Below are positions 49,897-53,796 of a stretch of 53,796 nucleotides of DNA, in pieces; within the stretch, counting starts at the first letter, position 1; each line of letters starts with the position of its first letter. Origin of the DNA: Dimargaris cristalligena (Eukaryota). The notes below the pieces were generated by a model, which worked only from the letters and a program-made list of their open reading frames with translations, did not search any database and was not told the DNA's origin. Both the position numbers and the translations under genes were made by a program. Location: NCBI GenBank assembly GCA_003614675.1, contig ML002264.1, forward strand, positions 1 to 53,796, written 5' to 3'.

Positions 49897-52800
49897 GATA
49901 AGGATTGATGTGAGTGGAGGGGGCGTTAAAGGGTAAACCGAAGAAATAAAAAATGGATTATGGGTACTAAATGATTTAGGGTCGTAACAGAAAAGGGATA
50001 GCCTAAGGTGGGTTAAACGGGAGTATAACTATAGAGCTACAAACATATGCAAAATGACGAGTAAGTAATTGAAAGCAGGCGGGCCATCTATTTATAAATG
50101 CCTACGGAAGTAGTGAGGCAGTGGAACTGGGAGTGGTGTGGTTGGGAGGACAGAGACCGTACAGTTCCAGCGGGCTGGCCAACACCCCGTTACCCCAATG
50201 GAAATTGGGCCAGTTATTGTGGTTGAGAACCATATTAGGAAGGAAATTGCAGGAACGAGAAGCGGCTGCCTTGAGTCCCAATTATGTTATCTAACTCAGC
50301 GGTGGTGTCTTAGGCAGGGTGATCGGCCGAAAGGGGAAAGGGAAAGAGTGCGAAGGGCTGAATAGATTGCCTTGTTAGTAAGAGCGGCTTAACAACTGGG
50401 AAGGTCAATCGCGGCTATGGCTGCTAATGCGAAATGTGTCTGTCCGGCTCAGTGGTTCGACGGCAATGAACATCCTTCTCCTCACCTCGAACCGCTTACC
50501 TACTGGGCTGGGGTGTGGGGCATTAGACAGTGGGCCAATCAGCCCTCCCTAACAGAAGGGTGACCATCCCCCTCCACGAGCACCGGTCTGTATCATCACC
50601 ACCACCATGGCCTCCCTTTCATTCGCCCATCTGGCGGCTGTGAAAGGGAGTATACTCATGTGAGTTAGTGGACCAGAGGATGAGACAAGGAACCACCGCT
50701 GTAACTCAAAGTTAGCCGCAAGGGATGCCGTCAGCTGTGGTGTGAAAATGAAGACAGGGGGGGTACGATGGCCAGAATGGGATGGATCGCTGCTGCTGTT
50801 GCGGTAAGTTCCTACAGTCTTGGCTGGTTATGGGCCCAGTCCTAAAAGGGTCAGTAAAACCTAAAGCAAAAGCGCGTAACTCCGAAAGTACTCTCGAAGG
50901 GAAACAGACAATATTAAAATGGAAGGACGAGTGAATATCCTATTAGTCACTTCAAATGTGGCGGCTGAATGGGTCGCAGCAAGGCCTACTGTTTCAGGTC
51001 TACCACTTCCAATTAAAGTAGGGCTCCCGTCGATGGCCAATCTTGCCTCCCAGTGTCCGTAAATGAGGGTGGCTATATTGTTCATTACGCCTTACCTTAT
51101 GGCCTTTAATATCATATTCGAGGGCAGCAGTAATATATTACAATACCAACTTGGGTGGGGGATGGTCCACAGGTATGCCAAGAGTTGGGCTGTAGAGCGC
51201 TGAAATACCGAAATTTACATCAGTAGCTTAGACATGCGATTAATTTTTCCTCATTAGGGACGCTGGAAATACCTCAATGGTACTGTAAGCTAGTTGATAG
51301 TGGTTAATCTTAATCCCGCTCGACTGAAGACATTGCGCTAAGGGCCATAGGTCGCTTTAAGCAGCCCGATTCTCTTATCCCTCCTACTCCCGACTTTCGT
51401 AGGGAATAGCACAGAAATGGAAGATATTGCTTTTATCCGCTTCCCTAGTTGAAATAAAGGGATATAATAATACTTGTATGTTGCCAGCAATCCGGTGCCA
51501 ATCCTGCGTCTGCCAGATAGCATAGCACCCCCTAACCCTGTCGCAGTTAAATAGGTTCGCTGGCTTTAGTGGCACTAAAAGACGGGAACTCATTGGGTTG
51601 GACAGCATGCATCCTTTTGCCTACAAATGATCAATAGTGGCCCAATATGTACGCCCGCATGATACCCCATTATTAGGAAAAATACCCTTATTAAACTTGC
51701 TTTAAGGGTACCGCGGGGTGACACAATTGTTATCGTCTTACACACCCCCTCCCCCCTGTTGGTAGCAGGTATAGTGACAGTGGGCCGGTAGGGCACTGTT
51801 AAGTTACAGAGACCAGGATTATAGTTTAGCCGAATCACTGCTGCCGCCTAACTCGATTATTGACTACCCCCCCATCAAGTCAAAGGGGCCAGTGAGTGTA
51901 GTGGGCCAAAATCGTTTCAATTGATTTTTTATCCATGTTAACTATACCAGCCTATTGATTACCAGGTGATGCGGCATCTCGGATGCCATTTATTTTCACG
52001 ATGAACATTCAGAGTTGAGCTTGATCATTGTACTCGAGAACTCCACCTGAAACGAGTAGGCGATGCCCCCTCACCTCATCCCAAATTGGGTCTAGTTTTG
52101 ACCAGGTCGGTCTGTTCGGCTGACCAACGCTTTTTTAACAGGAAGTTTGAAGTCTTGGGGAAGGCCATGCCACTCATTAAGAGATGCTCACTCGTCTCTC
52201 AAATGACACCCTGGGACGTGAAAGCAACGCGTAAATACCTTTTGTCGGGCTCCGTCCGGGAACACGCCCAAGGGACTTTGGAAGGATACCAACCCTTGTC
52301 AAAATAGAAGTCGTTAAAAGCGGAAAAATTGATGGTCAAACGATCGGGTATGATTTCCATTACCAATGGCATTGGAATGAACTGTTTGGGTTAGGCTTTT
52401 TTATTCTGGAGCCAATAATGACGAGTCGGAGTGCAGGGGTGGACGAGTAGGTGGTTTGGGAAGCCTGTCTCGGACACTGACTGTATTTGAATACCCATCC
52501 TAGCGTTTTCCATTACCATATCGTAAATATTGTTACTCACAGTGGAGTTGCGTGATCATCTAGTTGGAAGGGATTTCTTCGATTTCCTTTAGCCAAACTA
52601 GCCAAAGGTGTAAGCTTCTCATTTACCTATGCCATGCTTAATTAATCGTCACAAGTGTTAAAGGGTTCCCAAAGGGCCTTAGCTAGCTCTAACCCGAAAT
52701 GCCATGATACCCCCTCGAAATGATTGACAGATACTCAACGGGTGAATCCAGATTTTATCTGCGATATTCAGGCTCTCCAATGGGAAGCAAATGCTCTATT

Positions 52801-53371
52801 AGCGATTTCAAAACCATCCACCTCCAATAAGCCAAACTAAAGTAGCAGTATATATGTGTATAGTAAAATCAATAGCCCATATTACTAAGATAGCAATTTC
52901 AACCGATAGAAAGGCATCCCCGCTTTCAGGTCACAGACTAGAATGTCCAGGAATGTATTTCTCGGACACGGCCATTAACTAGGGACCATACTCCTATTCA
53001 AAAAACGGAGCTTTTCTTACGAATATAGTAACGAATTCAACATTTTAAAATTTCTTCTCGCCGATTGATCCGTGTACATATGTTCCTTCAGTGAATATAT
53101 ATAAAATTAAAAATCTAGAACGTAAGGATTAGGCAGTTGGACGATAGCAACAGCAAGTTATTAAATACCAAGGAAAAATGTCAGTTAATCGCGACATTGG
53201 TGGTTATTACCCAGCCCTGAAGAGCCAAGAAGACCACATAATTACGCCGCGCTAGGTCCAAGACTAGCTTAAATCCCATAAAACGCCAGCCACCTCTATA
53301 TAAACCGAAAAAAAAAATATATATACATATTAAATAATCTACAATCAAACTCAAAAGTAGAAAAGTGAAAT

Positions 53372-53444
53372 TGGAGCTCCGGGGTATCGATCCCCGTGCC
53401 TTTCGCATGCAAAGCGAACGCTCTACCATGTGAGCTAGAACCCC
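53372..53444 (-). tRNA. tRNA-Ala (anticodon UGC), intronless
   Basis: GGGGTTC TA GCTC ACATGGTA GAGC G TTCGC TT-TGC-AT GCGAA AGGCA CGGGG ATCGATA CCCCG GAGCTCC A folds as a full cloverleaf. It has the G3:U70 Ala identity pair and T-runs downstream as a Pol III terminator. Confidence 0.96.
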
Positions 53445-53796
53445 CATCTTGTTTTCGTTTGCTTCATTTTTATGTACCCAAATTTTTGGCTACTCGTTTT
53501 CGAACCGTTCACGACTATCCATCCATCGATTTCGACCCTTCGGGCACCCGCAAGACTGCCCGAAACGACGCCCCGACTGTCCGACCCGTCCACCAGAACG
53601 ACGATTACGTGGACACCCCGACGATCTATTGAACATTCCGCCGATTCTGTGAACATTTCGAAATTCGCATCTCAGATCTGAGATCTCATTCGAATTTCGA
53701 ATTTCGAACTCGGCCCTGGCGATTTCGACCACGTTGCTACCGTACGACCGCGACGACCGGCCCACTATGCCGCCCACTCGAACTGGTGCTAGTGCT

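Noticed and set aside
53385-53391. tRNA T-loop reads ATCGATA rather than TTCGA
   Set aside because: A54 in the T-loop is known in eukaryotic cytosolic tRNA-Ala, so it does not indicate a pseudogene or novelty.

Overview
Eukaryotic, fungal-type genomic DNA: GC-rich exons, GTAAGT...CTAAY...YAG introns and pyrimidine-rich UTRs. The gene content suggests an early-diverging fungus such as Zoopagomycota or Mucoromycota, which is an inference. I manually spliced or read 17 protein-coding genes and one tRNA-Ala(UGC). Housekeeping genes are RPC25, QCR6, VMA3, TFIIA large subunit (TOA1), a LAMTOR4-like gene, prefoldin 6, NSE4, an AhpD/CMD-like gene and a Bni4/Phactr-type PP1-binding protein. Surface or secreted genes are a DUF4097-like membrane protein, a tyrosinase, an A1 aspartic protease, a Cys-rich orphan and a Kre9/Knh1-like GPI protein. 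The most interesting element is three paralogous DUF4436-like membrane genes at 14.0-23.2 kb. Their motifs match Cys-less pentameric ligand-gated ion channel (pLGIC) subunits, but with an N-terminal TM helix instead of M4. Also notable: a ~150-bp fold-back element present twice, 39 kb apart, with apparently compensatory stem changes; a GC-AG intron in prefoldin 6; and a doubled taspase-type cleavage motif in TFIIA. All family assignments come from motif recognition, not database searches.
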